64,000 nt of DNA from an uncultured Planctomycetota bacterium. GTDB lineage: Bacteria > Planctomycetota > Planctomycetia > Isosphaerales > Isosphaeraceae. Within the stretch, counting starts at the first letter, position 1, and the number at the start of each line of letters is the position of its first letter. The stretch is from NCBI GenBank assembly GCA_963845755.1, contig CAWJTV010000047.1, positions 160,001 to 224,000 of the forward strand. The letters run 5' to 3'. Positions 1 through 11,844 of the stretch are shown here, in pieces. The notes under the pieces were generated by a model. That model did not search any database and had not been told where the DNA came from. It saw nothing but the letters and a program-made list of their open reading frames with translations. The translations under genes and the position numbers were made by a program.

Positions 1-1
1 C

Positions 2-580
2 TCCGCGAAGTCCAAGCCGAAGCTGGGACCATCCTCCCAGTTCCTGGACAACGTCAAGCTCCTCGAACGGATCGAGAAATCCGTGATCACGGATTCCGCC
101 GAGCTGCACAAGGAAGGCGGCGTATTCTGGGTGAATGTCACGTTCAACGGCAAGATGACCAAATCCATGGTCTTCGATACCGGGGCCAGCCTGACGACCA
201 TCCCCGCGGGAATGGCCACCGAGATGGGCCTGACGCCGTCGTCCTCGGACCCCGTGATCGTCTGCGAGACCGCCGATGGGACCAGGGTCGAAGCCAGGCG
301 GAAGACAATCCCGTCGATGCGAGTCGGGCGTTTCACGATCAATAACGTCGACTGCGCGGTCATGCCTGCCAGCAAGGGGAATATCGCGCCGCTCCTCGGC
401 CAGAGCTTCCATCGCCACTTCACGTACAAGTTCACCCCGGAGAGCGGGCACCTGGTGATGTCGAGAGTCGAGCTCCCTGACCAGCCTCAGCCCAAGTCAG
501 CGCGACCGTCGAAGAGCGCGGTCAAGGGAAAGCGCACCACCAAATCGAAAGCGACCGCGGGCCGGACTGAGGGGCTGTAA
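2..580 (+). CDS. Clan AA (retropepsin-like) aspartic protease domain protein, 5' end outside window
   Basis: Frame open from base 2; motif VFDTGASLTTI and later LLGQSF; basic low-complexity tail. Confidence 0.85.
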   Translation, partial: SAKSKPKLGPSSQFLDNVKLLERIEKSVITDSAELHKEGGVFWVNVTFNGKMTKSMVFDTGASLTTIPAGMATEMGLTPSSSDPVIVCETADGTRVEARRKTIPSMRVGRFTINNVDCAVMPASKGNIAPLLGQSFHRHFTYKFTPESGHLVMSRVELPDQPQPKSARPSKSAVKGKRTTKSKATAGRTEGL

Positions 581-585
581 ACAGT

Positions 586-1979
586 TCAGCCGGAGCGCGA
601 GGGGTGTCCCGGATCGTCCCGAGCGACAAGGCGCATGTGCAGCCCGTGCTTGGGGCGAAGGGTGATCGATGGCAAGAGCTCGAGCGTTTGCCCGGGCTCG
701 ATGTCCAGACGATATCGCCGTGCGATTGTGGCGAGGATCAAGACCGCCTCCATCATCGCGAAGTGATTGCCGATGCAGATCCTTGGCCCGTCTCCGAAGG
801 GGAAATACGCGCAGCGTGGCAGCCGCTTGACCAGGTCGTGATCCCAGCGCTCGGGCCGAAACATGTCTGGGTCGTCGAACCATCGTCCATCGCGATGGAC
901 GAGCCACTGGGTCATGAAGATCTGCGTTCCCTTGGGGGCGTGATAGCCGCCGATCTCGCAGTCTCCGAGCGCCTCGCGGGCGATCCCCCAGGCTGGGGGA
1001 TAGAGTCGCATCGCCTCGCGGACGACCCACTCCGTGTATTTCAAGTTCGGGACATCGGCCATCGTGGGCGACCGGTCGGGAATGATTTCGCGGAGCTCGC
1101 CGGCCAGGCGTTCCTCGACGTCTGGTGACTGGGCCATCAGGTAGAAGGCGTAGAACAAGGCCAGCGCCGTCGTCTCGTGGCCGGCGAGGACCAGGGTGAC
1201 GATCTCGTCTCGGAGCTGGCGATCGGTCATGCCGCGGTTGTCCTCATCGCGTGCCGACAGCAGGCGCGACAGGAGGTCGCCGCGATCGCGGCCGTCAGCC
1301 CGATGGGCCCGGATGATCCCGTAGATGATCGCGTCGAGCCGAGCGATCGCGCCCCAGTACCGACGGCTCGAAGGGAGGGGCAAGTAATCGAGGAACCGGA
1401 ACCACCGCAACGGGCTCATGAAGTGATTCATGACGACCTCGAGCGATTGGCCCACCGTCTCCGCATCGCCCGAAAGCTCGGCATCGAAGAGCGTCCGGGC
1501 GACGATGCCCAGCGTCAGACGCATCAGGTCCTCGTGCGGGTCGCGGACATCTCCCGCGCGCAGGACTCGAGCATCCGCTCCGTATTCTCGACCATCACGG
1601 CCGCATAGCGCTCGATCTGCGCGTGCTGGAATGTCGGCTGGGCAAGCCGGCGCTGTCGACGCCAGAACGTCCCCTCACTCGTCAGGAGACCCTCGCCCAG
1701 CAGCGGGACCAGCCATCGCGTCAACCGGTCTTTCCTGAAGTTGTCCGCGTGGCTGCGCAAGACGAATTCGATGTGCTCGGGGTGACTGACCAGATACGTC
1801 CGCAGGTTACCGAGCCGGAGCCAGACGACATCGCCGTACTCCCGCATCGCACCGTGAATGAACCCCATCGGGTCGCGGAGATAGTCGAAGGTGCTTCCCA
1901 GCAGGAGGCTGCCCTTCGGTCCCGGGGGATACTTCTTTTGCGCCGGGGCTCGGCCCTTGAGCGCGGTGCCGCTGGACAT
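586..1979 (-). CDS. Cytochrome P450 (split by a frameshift near 1540-1560)
   Basis: ORFs 1524-1979 and 586-1524 join; PPGPKG start, AGHETT I-helix, EAMR (ExxR), PERW, heme motif FGDGPRICIG. Confidence 0.95.
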
Positions 1980-2076
1980 CGCGGTCGGTCCTCCTCGGTG
2001 GGATCCGGGCCTCGATCGCGGCCCGCAAGTGCGGAATCCTCTCCTCGATGCCCTCGAAGCAACGCCGGTCTCGCGG

Positions 2077-2367
2077 TCAATCGGTCAGTGGGGTGTAAAG
2101 CTCGGGAGTGCGGCTCTCGATGATCGGGAATAATCCCCCTTTCGCGTACTTCTCGAAATGCGGGGCGGCGCGATGGGCGTCGAGCGCGGCCTGGTCATCA
2201 TATTGCTCGTAGAGGAAGAAACGCCGAGGGTCGGCGGTTGACCGGTGCGCCAGGTACATCCGGCAGCCGGGTTCGGTCCGCGTGAGCTCGGTCAGCATGG
2301 TGAAGAGGTCAACGGCCTCGTCCTCGTGGCCCGGCTTGATGATGTAGGTGACGGCGACGCAGATCAT
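2077..2367 (-). CDS. ABM-family (putative quinol) monooxygenase
   Basis: 96 aa starting MICVAVTY; EPGCRMY, FFLYEQYDDQAALDAHRAAPHF. Confidence 0.9.
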   Translation of the reverse strand: MICVAVTYIIKPGHEDEAVDLFTMLTELTRTEPGCRMYLAHRSTADPRRFFLYEQYDDQAALDAHRAAPHFEKYAKGGLFPIIESRTPELYTPLTD

Positions 2368-2518
2368 GATGCACCCCCAGAAGCTCGATTCGCCCGATCC
2401 TCGCGGATACCATGGCAGAGTACCATCCTCGCTCAGACGGCCCCATGACGCCAGACCGACCCGAGGGAGGTCCGGGAAAGCCCGGTCGTCCCCCACCGCT
2501 TTCCCCGAGGATTCACTC

Positions 2519-3795
2519 ATGAATTCGACCGACATGAAGCCGACGCGGCGCATCGATCGCGCCGACCGCGAAGATCCGCGCGGACTTTCCGTCTCTGGAG
2601 CGGCTGCACGAGGGCCACCCCGTGGCCTATTTCGACGGTCCGGGTGGGACCCAGGTTCCTCGGACGGTCGTGGATGCCGTGACCGACTACTTGTTGCACC
2701 ACAATGCGAATACCCACTGGGCGTTCCCGACCAGCGTCGAGACGGACTCCACGCTGGCATCGGCGCGCGAGACCCTGGCCGATTTCCTCAACGCGTCACC
2801 GGCCGAGATCGCGTTCGGTCCTAACATGACCACGCTCACGTTCCACCTGTCCCGAGCCCTGGGCCGATCGCTGGGCCAGGGCGACGCGATCGTGGTCACC
2901 GAGCTGGACCACCATGCCAACATCGATCCCTGGCGTGCGCTGGAGCGCGAGCGCGGTGTCACGATTCTCCAGGCCCGGATGTTCCCCGAGACCGGCCAGC
3001 TCGATTGGGACGATCTGGATCGCTGCCTCAACGATCATCGCTGCCGGCTGCTGGCCATCGGGGCCGCATCGAACGCGCTGGGCACGATCAACGACGTGCC
3101 GCGTGCCGTGGCCATGGCCCACGAGGCCGATGCGCTGACATTCGTCGACGCCGTGCACTTCGCGCCCATGAGCTGATCGACGTTCAGGCCTGGGGTTGCG
3201 ACTTCCTGGCCTGCTCCGCCTACAAGTTCCATGGGCCACACGTCGGGGTCCTCTACGGCAAAAGGGAGCGGCTGCTCGCGCTGGAGGTGCCGAAACTCGA
3301 GCCTGCGTCGGACCAGGTGCCGGACCGGCTGGAGACGGGGACCCAGAACCATGAGGGGATCGTCGGCGCCGCGGCCGCAGTGGATTATCTCGCATCGCTG
3401 GCCGTCGAGCCGCCCGGCTCCGAGCGACTGGCGCGTCGCGATCGACTCCGCACCGTGTTCGACGCACTCCACGAGCGCGGCGCGGAGCTACTGGCCCAGC
3501 TCTGGGACGGACTGGGCGGCATCGCGGGAGTCCGCGTGTTCGGGCCTCCTCCGGCCGCCCGCGCACGCCCACTCTGGCCTTCACGATCGCGGGCTGCCCG
3601 GCAGCCGAGGCCAGCCGGCGGCTGGCCCGACGGGGGATCTTCGCCTCTCATGGCGATTTCTACGCCACGACGGTCGTCCGCAAGCTGGGAGTCGGTGAGG
3701 AAGGGTTGGTCCGGATCGGCTGTGCGTGCTATTCGACCGAAGACGAGGTTGCCCGCGTCGTTGACGCGGTTCGTGAGATTGGCGGCGCGGCGTGA
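2519..3795 (+). CDS. Cysteine desulfurase-like class V PLP enzyme (frameshifts near 2560, 3170, 3560)
   Basis: IRADFPSL, YFDGPGGTQVP, LDHHANIDPW, VDAVH, CSAYKFHGPHVG (PLP lysine), ETGT; C-terminal LVRIGCACYSTEDEV in another frame, stop at 3793-3795. Confidence 0.9.
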
Positions 3796-3887
3796 GGATC
3801 GACCGGTTCATGCCACATTCGCCGGGCATCGGTCGTCCTCGAGTCCCGAAGTCGCGAGCCGGCTATCCGCTTCTTCGCGGCCCGACC

Positions 3888-4505
3888 TCACTTGCTGTTC
3901 TCGAACTTCATCAGCTCCATGGTGATGTTTCCGCCCTGCATGACTATCGATTGCTTGACGATGCCAACCCCAGGAGCGAACCACGAGGTAATACGTGCTT
4001 GAGTCCCGCCCTCCTTCTTGTCGATCGCCACGGAGATCGCCCGATAGGTTCCAGCGGGCACCTTCACCTCCTCGTGGATGCCGGTCTTGGCGGTCATGGA
4101 TACAGGCTCGTCGCCGAGCTTGATCTCGGCCTTCCAGGTCTCGCCCTCCTTGATCGGATTCCTCAGGAGGCAGGCCGGGGGAGACATCGGGATATGATTG
4201 ATGCGATGTCGGAAAACCCCTCCGGCATCGACGCCGATTTGCTCGGTGCCCCTGATCTCTCCATTGATCACCATCTCGACTCGTGCCAGTTGTTTGCCAT
4301 CGACATCCTCGATCTTGGCAATCTGGTAGAGGAACACGACCTTTCGCCCGTTGCCCAGCTCGACCAGATAATGCCACTTGTTGCCGACCTTCATCGGGTA
4401 GTAATCGGCCGCCTTGTCCTGGGCCTCTGCCTTCTTCTCCGACTGCTGCGCCAGGCAGGGTAGGGCTGCCAGGAGCACGACGGCGAAACCGGTGATCGTT
4501 CTCAT
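3888..4505 (-). CDS. Secreted beta-rich hypothetical protein
   Basis: Signal peptide MRTITGFAVVLLAALPCLA; motifs YYPMKVGNKWHY, VKVPAGTY, WFAPGVGIVK. Confidence 0.75.
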   Translation of the reverse strand: MRTITGFAVVLLAALPCLAQQSEKKAEAQDKAADYYPMKVGNKWHYLVELGNGRKVVFLYQIAKIEDVDGKQLARVEMVINGEIRGTEQIGVDAGGVFRHRINHIPMSPPACLLRNPIKEGETWKAEIKLGDEPVSMTAKTGIHEEVKVPAGTYRAISVAIDKKEGGTQARITSWFAPGVGIVKQSIVMQGGNITMELMKFENSK

Positions 4506-4718
4506 GCGAATTCTCCTCCGCGCGGCCTCCTCGGTCGGACCGCGTGATTGGCCAGGAAAACCGGCCCACGGCGGGCCTCGCGAGACCGAGGGTTGGCACT
4601 CGCAGCCACCCTCAGAACGTACCCGGAAACGGGACCTGGTGCCAGTGGCACCAGCGGTCGGGGTCCACGAAGAGCGGATCCTCTCCCTATTCCAATCGGA
4701 CGTCGTCGTTCGATCGGC

Positions 4719-7700
4719 TCAGTGCTCGGCGTCGCGGACCACCAACGAATAGAGTGAGGGGACGACGAACAGGGTGGTCACCAGGCCGGCGAGGATGCCA
4801 CCGATCACGGCACGGCCCAGCGGCGCATTGGCCTCGCTGCCTCGTGCCGTGGCCAGCGCCATGGGGATCAGCGCGAAGAAGGCGGCCAGCGCCGTCATGA
4901 CGACCGGACGCGCACGGATCGATGCGGCTTTCCGGATCGCCTGGTCGGGAGTGAGACCCAGCTCAACCCTGAGGTTCTGCGCGAAGTTGACCAGGAGCAC
5001 CGTATTCGAAACGACAATCCCCACCATGAAGATAACCCCGAGCAGCGACTGCACGTTGATCGCCGTATTCGTGACGTAGAGCATCGTCACCACGCCGACG
5101 AGCCCAAGAGGCACGGCGAACAGGATAACCAGGGGCGTCAGATAGGACTTGAAGAGTGCCGCCATCAAGAAATAGATCAACATCGTCGCCAGGATCAGAC
5201 CGAAGCCCAGGCTGCGGAACGTCTCCTGCATGCGCGAGTATTCCCCGCTGAGCTCGATCATTGCACCCTTGATCACCTTCCGATCGGCAGAATGATCATT
5301 GGGATCGAAAGGGATCCACGATCCATCGGGCTGCTCGACGCCGAACCGGGCGACCACGCGGGCGACGTCGTCGGCCACGTGGCCGAGGTCGCGCCCGGAG
5401 ACTCCCATGGTAAGGTCAATCGTCGATTGGAGGTTGTTGTGCGTGATCTCCGTCGGTACAGACGAGGGCCGGAGGGTGGCGATGTTCCGGAGGGGAATCG
5501 GCTTGTCTTGTCCTGGTGCGGTGATCGGCACGTCGAGAAGCGTCTCGACCGAGTCGATGTCCTCCTCGAAGTATTGCACGCCGACGAAATACTGGTTCTT
5601 GCTCACCGGATCGATCCAGAAGTTCTTCTTGTAGAACTGGATGCTGGAGTTGAGCGCGGCGACGACGTTCTTCATGACCTCGGCCTGATTCAGCTTGAGG
5701 TCGGCGACCTTCGCGCGGTCGACCTCGATGATGTACTCGGGATAGTCGAGCCTCTGGATGATCCGGGCGTCGACCACGCCATCGATGGCGGCCACCTCGC
5801 GCTGGATCGCCTCGGCGATCGAGCGGGCCTGGACAAGGTTCTTCGCCGAGAGGCGGATGTTGATCGGGGAGGACTTTCCTTCATTCATCGCCGACCGGAT
5901 CATGCCGCCCGCATCAAAAGCGAACTCCAGGTCTTGGAACTTGGAATCCCTCGCAAACCCGTCGCGAAGCTTCTCGACATATTCCTGGGCGGAGTGCTCG
6001 CGCTCGTGCTTGAGCTGGACCTTGACGACCGCGTCCATTGGGCCGGCGTTGGGAGTATAGGCGGCCGACAGGTCGGCGACGACCCCGAGCTCGGAAATGA
6101 TGATTTGCAGGTCCTCGCCGATCGTCTCCCGGACAAACTGCTCGACCCTGGCGATCTTCTTTTCGGTCTCCTCGATCCTCGTACCACTGTGGGCGCGGGC
6201 GTAGATTTCGAAGGCGCCTGAATCCACCTCGGGGAAGAACTCACGCCGCAACCGGCTACCCAGGCCGACCAGGGTCGCCACCAGCAGTCCGACCGCCACC
6301 AGGACCACGGCAAGGCGATGCCTCATCGAGCGGTCGAGGATTCGAACGTACCCGGCGATGCCCGATTCGATCAGGGCCTCCCAGCGCGCGAATGCGCGGC
6401 CCAGCATCCCCTGACGAGCGACTCGTCGGTCGTCGCCGGACGAACCCGGCTCGAACGAGTCTCGGTCCTCGACCTCGCGTTCGTGTGTGAGTTCGTGTTC
6501 GTCTGGCTGATGTTCATCGCCTGGAGGCCCGTGATTGGAGTGAGGCTTCAGCCAGGTCGCGGCCCGGGACGGGACGAAAGACCGAGACAGCAGATAGGCG
6601 AAGATCATGGCGAACGCCACGCCCGCGGCCATGGGCCGGTAGAGGAATTCACCCAGCCCGGGCATGAGGGCCAAGGGAGCCAGCACGAGCAGGGTGCAAA
6701 GACTCGCCACCAGTTCCGGCATCGCCACCTCGCTGGCCCCACGGAACGCCGCCTCTTCGGGCGTCGCGCCCAGCCCCAGGTGCCGGTGCGTATTCTCGAG
6801 GCAGATGATCGCGCTGTCCACCATCGGGCCGATCGCCAGCGACAGCCCGGCCAGCGTCATGACGTTGATCGTGTTGCCCGAGGCGTACAGGCCGATCAGC
6901 GACGAGAGGACGGCGATCGGGATCGTCAGCACGGCGATGACCGTCATCCTCCACTCGCCCAGGAATAGCAAGATCACCAGTGAGCAGAGGACCGCCCCCA
7001 GGACGCCTTCTTCCACCAGGCTCTCGATCGAGTGGCGTACATAGACCGATTGGTCCATCACCACTTTCAGGTTGATCCCCGGCCGGGTCAATCGCGCCTC
7101 GATCTTATCGAGTGCCCCCTTGAGCGTGTTGACCACCTGGAGCGTACTCGAGCCGAGCTGGCGGAAGACGGGGATATAGACCTGACGCCGGCCATTGACT
7201 CGCACGACGTTGGTCTGGATGAAGTTGGCGTCCTTGGGCGTCGCGACGTCGCGGAGGAACGTCGCATTGCCCGGCTCGTTGCGCAGGGGGATCTCCTCCA
7301 TCCGTCCCACGACATCGACCATCGAGTTGCTGTCGATGGCATAGTCAGTCGTGCCGAACTTAGCGCTGCCGGTGGGAAGGAAGACATTGTATTCGTTGAC
7401 GGCCTTCAACACATCCATCGGCGACAGGTGGCGGGCCTGGAGCCGGATGCGATCGAGGTACACCATGATGGCACGGACCTTGCCGCCATAGACCAACGGG
7501 GTCAGGGCGCCGGGCTGCGACATGATCTGCGGACGGACCTCGTATCGCCCAACGTCGAAGAGGGCCGCCTCCCCTTGGGTCTGACTGTCGAGTGCGACCA
7601 GGCAGACCGGCGTCGCGCTCGTCGGATCATAGGGCAGTACGACCGGCGGCAAAGTGCCCGGCGGCATCGTGGGGTATTCCCATCCGGCGTACGAGCTGAC

Positions 7701-8024
7701 CTCGGTCAGCGCACCACTGCGGTTGACGTTGCTGCGGAAATAATCGCGGACGATGCTGATCCCGACGATCGAGCGCGACTCCAAACGCCGCCCGCCGGAA
7801 GCCTGGCCCACGCCACGTTCCAATCGCGCCGTGATGTTCTTCTCGATGCTGGCTGCCGGCATGCCGCTGTAGAAGACAAGCGTTTGCACTGCCGGGCTCT
7901 TGAATACCGGTAGGATGTCGATCGGGATCGAGTAGGCCGACAGGCTGCCCAGCACCACCAGCGCCAGGACCATCACTGTGACGGCAATCGGATTCTTTAG
8001 GGAAGCATGAATCAGGCCATTCAT
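4719..8024 (-). CDS. RND efflux transporter permease (AcrB/CusA superfamily)
   Basis: 1101 aa; IPIDILP, TINVMTLAGLSLAIGPMVDSAIICLEN, IRARPVVMT, PLGRAVIGG. Confidence 0.95.
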   Translation of the reverse strand: MNGLIHASLKNPIAVTVMVLALVVLGSLSAYSIPIDILPVFKSPAVQTLVFYSGMPAASIEKNITARLERGVGQASGGRRLESRSIVGISIVRDYFRSNVNRSGALTEVSSYAGWEYPTMPPGTLPPVVLPYDPTSATPVCLVALDSQTQGEAALFDVGRYEVRPQIMSQPGALTPLVYGGKVRAIMVYLDRIRLQARHLSPMDVLKAVNEYNVFLPTGSAKFGTTDYAIDSNSMVDVVGRMEEIPLRNEPGNATFLRDVATPKDANFIQTNVVRVNGRRQVYIPVFRQLGSSTLQVVNTLKGALDKIEARLTRPGINLKVVMDQSVYVRHSIESLVEEGVLGAVLCSLVILLFLGEWRMTVIAVLTIPIAVLSSLIGLYASGNTINVMTLAGLSLAIGPMVDSAIICLENTHRHLGLGATPEEAAFRGASEVAMPELVASLCTLLVLAPLALMPGLGEFLYRPMAAGVAFAMIFAYLLSRSFVPSRAATWLKPHSNHGPPGDEHQPDEHELTHEREVEDRDSFEPGSSGDDRRVARQGMLGRAFARWEALIESGIAGYVRILDRSMRHRLAVVLVAVGLLVATLVGLGSRLRREFFPEVDSGAFEIYARAHSGTRIEETEKKIARVEQFVRETIGEDLQIIISELGVVADLSAAYTPNAGPMDAVVKVQLKHEREHSAQEYVEKLRDGFARDSKFQDLEFAFDAGGMIRSAMNEGKSSPINIRLSAKNLVQARSIAEAIQREVAAIDGVVDARIIQRLDYPEYIIEVDRAKVADLKLNQAEVMKNVVAALNSSIQFYKKNFWIDPVSKNQYFVGVQYFEEDIDSVETLLDVPITAPGQDKPIPLRNIATLRPSSVPTEITHNNLQSTIDLTMGVSGRDLGHVADDVARVVARFGVEQPDGSWIPFDPNDHSADRKVIKGAMIELSGEYSRMQETFRSLGFGLILATMLIYFLMAALFKSYLTPLVILFAVPLGLVGVVTMLYVTNTAINVQSLLGVIFMVGIVVSNTVLLVNFAQNLRVELGLTPDQAIRKAASIRARPVVMTALAAFFALIPMALATARGSEANAPLGRAVIGGILAGLVTTLFVVPSLYSLVVRDAEH

Positions 8025-8114
8025 CGATCGAGCCGTCCCTCCCGAAGTTCTACAATTGAGGCAACGTGTGGGTGCTGGATGAACTTTCCGAGGTTGCGCT
8101 CATCGCTTGCTCAG

Positions 8115-8221
8115 AAACTATCCGAGAATCTTGTAGGGTGGGTGAAACCCACCAGGAAGTGTGCCGATTCTGGTGGGTTTCACTCACCCTACAAACCCCG
8201 GATCCGCTTCTCGGACAGTTT
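8115..8221. repeat. REP doublet (REPIN-like) with nested inverted repeats
   Basis: ttgtagggtgggtgaaacccacca (8131-8154) pairs with tggtgggtttcactcaccctacaa (8171-8194), 1 mismatch; outer aaactatccgagaa (8115-8128) pairs with ttctcggacagttt (8208-8221), 1 mismatch; GTAG start. Confidence 0.8.
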
Positions 8222-8230
8222 GTTAGCGGG

Positions 8231-9612
8231 TTACGGACTCACGGTGACGCGCATGCCGTCTTCCAGCGGGGTTCCGCCGGGCGCACGACTGCGTCATCCG
8301 GCCCGATCCCGGAGAGGATCTCGACCTGGGAGCCGTTGTCGCCTCCCAGCTTCACCTCGGTGCGCCGGGCGATCCCATCGCGGACGACGAAGACGATCCC
8401 GCCGGCGCGCGCCGCTGTGCTCGACCACGGAGGCGGTCGGCAGCGCCAGGTTCCGGGCATTTCGTTCGAGGGTGATGATGGCCTTTCCGTACATCCCGTC
8501 GCAGAGAAGGTCTCCCGGGTTGGGCAGGTCGATCTCGACGCGCATCATGCGTTCGGCGTCCTCGGCCCGCGCGATTCGCGCGAGGGTCCCTTTGAACGAT
8601 TGATCGCCGAGGGCGTTCGACGCTGACGACCGCGGAGTCGCCGACCCTGGTCAGGGCGACGTCACGGTCGGGGACCAGAACGACGACCCTCATCACGTCG
8701 GTCCGCTTGACCGTCAGTAGCGGCTGCGGCTGTCCTCCTTCCGTAGCGGATCGGATGAGCGCTCCCGGGTGAAACGTCCTGTGGGTGACCACCCCATCGA
8801 AAGGCGCGACAATTTTGGCGTAGACCAGGTTGACCTTCAGTCGGTCCAGGCGTGCCTGGACCACACCCAGGTTTGCCTTGGCCTCTAGGGCGTCGGCCTT
8901 GGCTTGCTCGATAGCGGCCTGGGCGCCCAGCACCTTTGCCTTGGCACTCTGGATCTCGGCCGAACCGGTCCGCTCGGCAGCGGTCGCCGCATCGAGGTCG
9001 CTGAGCTGCTCGTCGGCGACGAGGGACGTGGTCGCCCGCTCAGCGACGAGGCCGTTGATCCGCGCGTATTGTTTCTCCGCAAACTTTCGGCGGGCGACGA
9101 GGCGCTCCAGGTCCGATTCGGCGACCTTGGCCGCGGCGGCCGCGGCGTCACGCTGGGCCTCGGCCATCCGGATCCGCGCGTCGGCCTGCACGACCTGGGC
9201 TCGAGCTTGTTCGACGAGCGAGGCCGCCTCTTCGACGGTTTTCGCATCCCGCGGCACGTTGATCTCGGCCAGCACTTCGCCCTTCTTGATTCGGGACCCG
9301 ATGTTCAACTTCCTGCGTCTTGAGGTAACCAGAAACCATCGCGTAGAGGTTGACCGACTCGAAAGAATGGATCGACGCTGGCTGCTGGATCGTGCGCGGA
9401 ATGCCCCCCGCTTGGGGACGGACCATTTCCACGCTCGGCGCCGGCCGCTCGCGTGCCTCAGCCACCTTACTCGATGAGACTTCCTTCGAGAGCGCACCCC
9501 GACGCGCCAGCCAGAAGCCGGCGCCGATCGCCGCCACGGCGATCACGACCCCCGCCAGTCTCCGCCAGGACAACCGCGTGCGCGTCTTTCTAGCCTCGAG
9601 AGTCTGAGTCAT
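8231..9612 (-). CDS. RND periplasmic adaptor (MFP) subunit, several frameshifts
   Basis: Pieces 9148-9636, 8352-9497, 8294-8548 and 8239-8460 give N-terminal TM helix, IGSRIKKGEVLAEI, coiled coil, IVAPFDGVVTHR, MRVEIDLPNP; stop TAA at 8231-8233. Confidence 0.88.
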
Positions 9613-10048
9613 CGGCTTCCCCGGGAAGAGGGACAAATGTTCCGTACGGAAACAGAGACCACGTGGACTTGCGTGGAGCGGCTCCCGTCAACCTAAATTC
9701 TCGCAGGCTTTCCCTTTCTGTCTACCTTCGCCTGCCCTTGGCGTGAGCGGCGAATTCACGAGAACTTCACAAAACATGGCCCGACAGGTATTTAGGCAAT
9801 TTTAAGAAATAGTTTATTCGAAGGGGTGTTCAGGTTCATGGTGTCGAGGACGAAATGGATTGGAAGACCTGTGTCGCGCGACCGGACGTCGGAGGAAGGC
9901 CCAATCGACTGGAGCGGGATTTCATTTGCTCACTCGAACAATCCGCACAACCTTCAGCGAAGAAACAGAAATGACCGAATATCAGGGAAGAGCGAACCGG
10001 GGATCTTTCGCTCTCTCGACGGTCGTCGGAGTCAGGAGGGCTCTTGCC

Positions 10049-11759
10049 ATGGGACGGATCTTGAAAACATGGCGGATGACCGCGCCAGCCTTACTGATGA
10101 CACTGGCGGCGGACCTGGAGTTAGCTCCATTTGCCTGGAGCCAATCTTCCATGTCGACATCCGCGACATCGTCGACAGCCAAGACGTCAAGTAACGGAGT
10201 ATCGATTCCGCCTCCCCGACGGTTCGATCAGAAGGAGCCGGTAGCGCGGCGGATCCAACTGGCTGGAAGTTCGGTGGTGCCGGCAGGCAAGACGGGAGGG
10301 CCAGCTCGTCCATGCCGACGGCGGTCCCGTTGCCGGGTGAGTCCGAAGCACCTAACTCGGCCGTGGACTTGGTGAACCCGGCTGGCACGCCGGCACCGCC
10401 GCCGCGGCTTCCGCTCGATACGGCGCTGATCCCTGGCCGGCCGGTCCAGCCGATCGACCTGGCCAATGCGCTGAGACTGGCCGGAGTCACCGAGCTGGAT
10501 ATCGCGACAGCCCGGCAGCGCATCCTCGAGGCGGCGGCCTCCCTGACCCAGGCGCTGCGCTGTGGCTGCCGTCGCTCTTCTACGGGCCGAGCTGGTATCG
10601 GTCCGACGGCCAGATCCAGACTGTCACGGGCCAGGTCCAGACGATCGACCGGAGCTCGCTGTTCGTCGGTGGTACGGCGGCGCTGGCAAATACCATACAA
10701 GGTCCTCCGCCGGGGACGGGCATTCCTTCCGTGAACGGGATGACCTCGGTGCTGCGGATTTCCGACGCCATCTTCGAACCCATGGCGGCGCGGCGCCTCC
10801 TCGACGCGAATCGGGCCGGACTCCGGACCGCGACCAACGACGCAATGTTGCAGGTCTCCGAGTACTACTTCACTCTCCAGGCCGGCATCGGGCGCCTGGC
10901 CATCGCCCGAGAGGCCGCGGCGAACGCCGGGGCCCTCTCGGCGATTACCGCGGCCTACGCCCGCCTGGGACAGGGCCTCGAAGCCGACCATCGCCGCGCA
11001 TTGACCGAGCTCAAACACCGGCGCCGCGAGACCAATCTCGCCATCGGGCAGTTACTCGTCGCTTCGGCCGATCTGGTCCGCCTTCTCGTGCTCGACCCGA
11101 AGATCGTGCTCGCCCCGGTCGAGCCATCAGAGTGCATCATCCGCCTGGTCCCGGATGAAATCCCGCTCGATGACCTGCTCAATCAGGGGCTGCGCTACCG
11201 CCCTGAACTGGCCAGCGCACAGAACGAGGTGGAAGCGGCCTTCATCCGGAGGAGACAGGCGCGGCTGCGCCCGTTCGTACCGAGCGTATTCTTCACATAC
11301 GCAGGGGGCGGATTAGGGGGCGGCGCGAATGCATTCTTCGGCAACTTCGGTGCGCGAGGCGACGGCGAGGTCGGCCTGTTCTGGGAACTCCAGAACCTTG
11401 GCTTCACCGACTTCGCCATCATGCGCCGCCGCGCGGCCGAACTCGAGATCGCCAACCTGGCGAAGTACCGCACCCAGACCCGCGTCGGCGCCGATGTCGT
11501 CGCCTCGTTCGAGACCCGCCAGGCTGCCTCCCGCCAGATCGAGGATGCCCGCGAGACCGTCGTCGAGGCCCTCGACTCACTCAAGCTCAACTTCGTGAAC
11601 ATTCGACAGGGCGCGGAATTGCCCCGTGCCACGCGGCCCATCGAGGTCTTGCAGCCGATCCAGGCGCTGGCCCAGGCCCGGCTCGATTATCTCGACTCGG
11701 TCCTTTCCTATAATCGCGCCCAGTTCCGCCTCAAACGGGCGATCGGTCAGCAGCCCTGA
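10049..11759 (+). CDS. TolC-family outer membrane efflux protein (frameshifts near 10300 and 10560)
   Basis: Signal-like start, PIDLANALRLAG, RYRPELASAQ, terminal YNRAQFRLKRAIG; divergent from MFP/RND genes; start uncertain (9971 or 10049). Confidence 0.85.
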
Positions 11760-11844
11760 GACGAGAGGAGAGGACTGGCCCGACGCGGCTCGATCGGCGA
11801 TCATGATGGGGGACCGTATCCTCAACAGAACCCGGGAGACGACC

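Noticed and set aside
586..3795. P450, ABM and desulfurase-like genes as a biosynthetic cluster
   Set aside because: No scaffold synthase or precursor peptide seen
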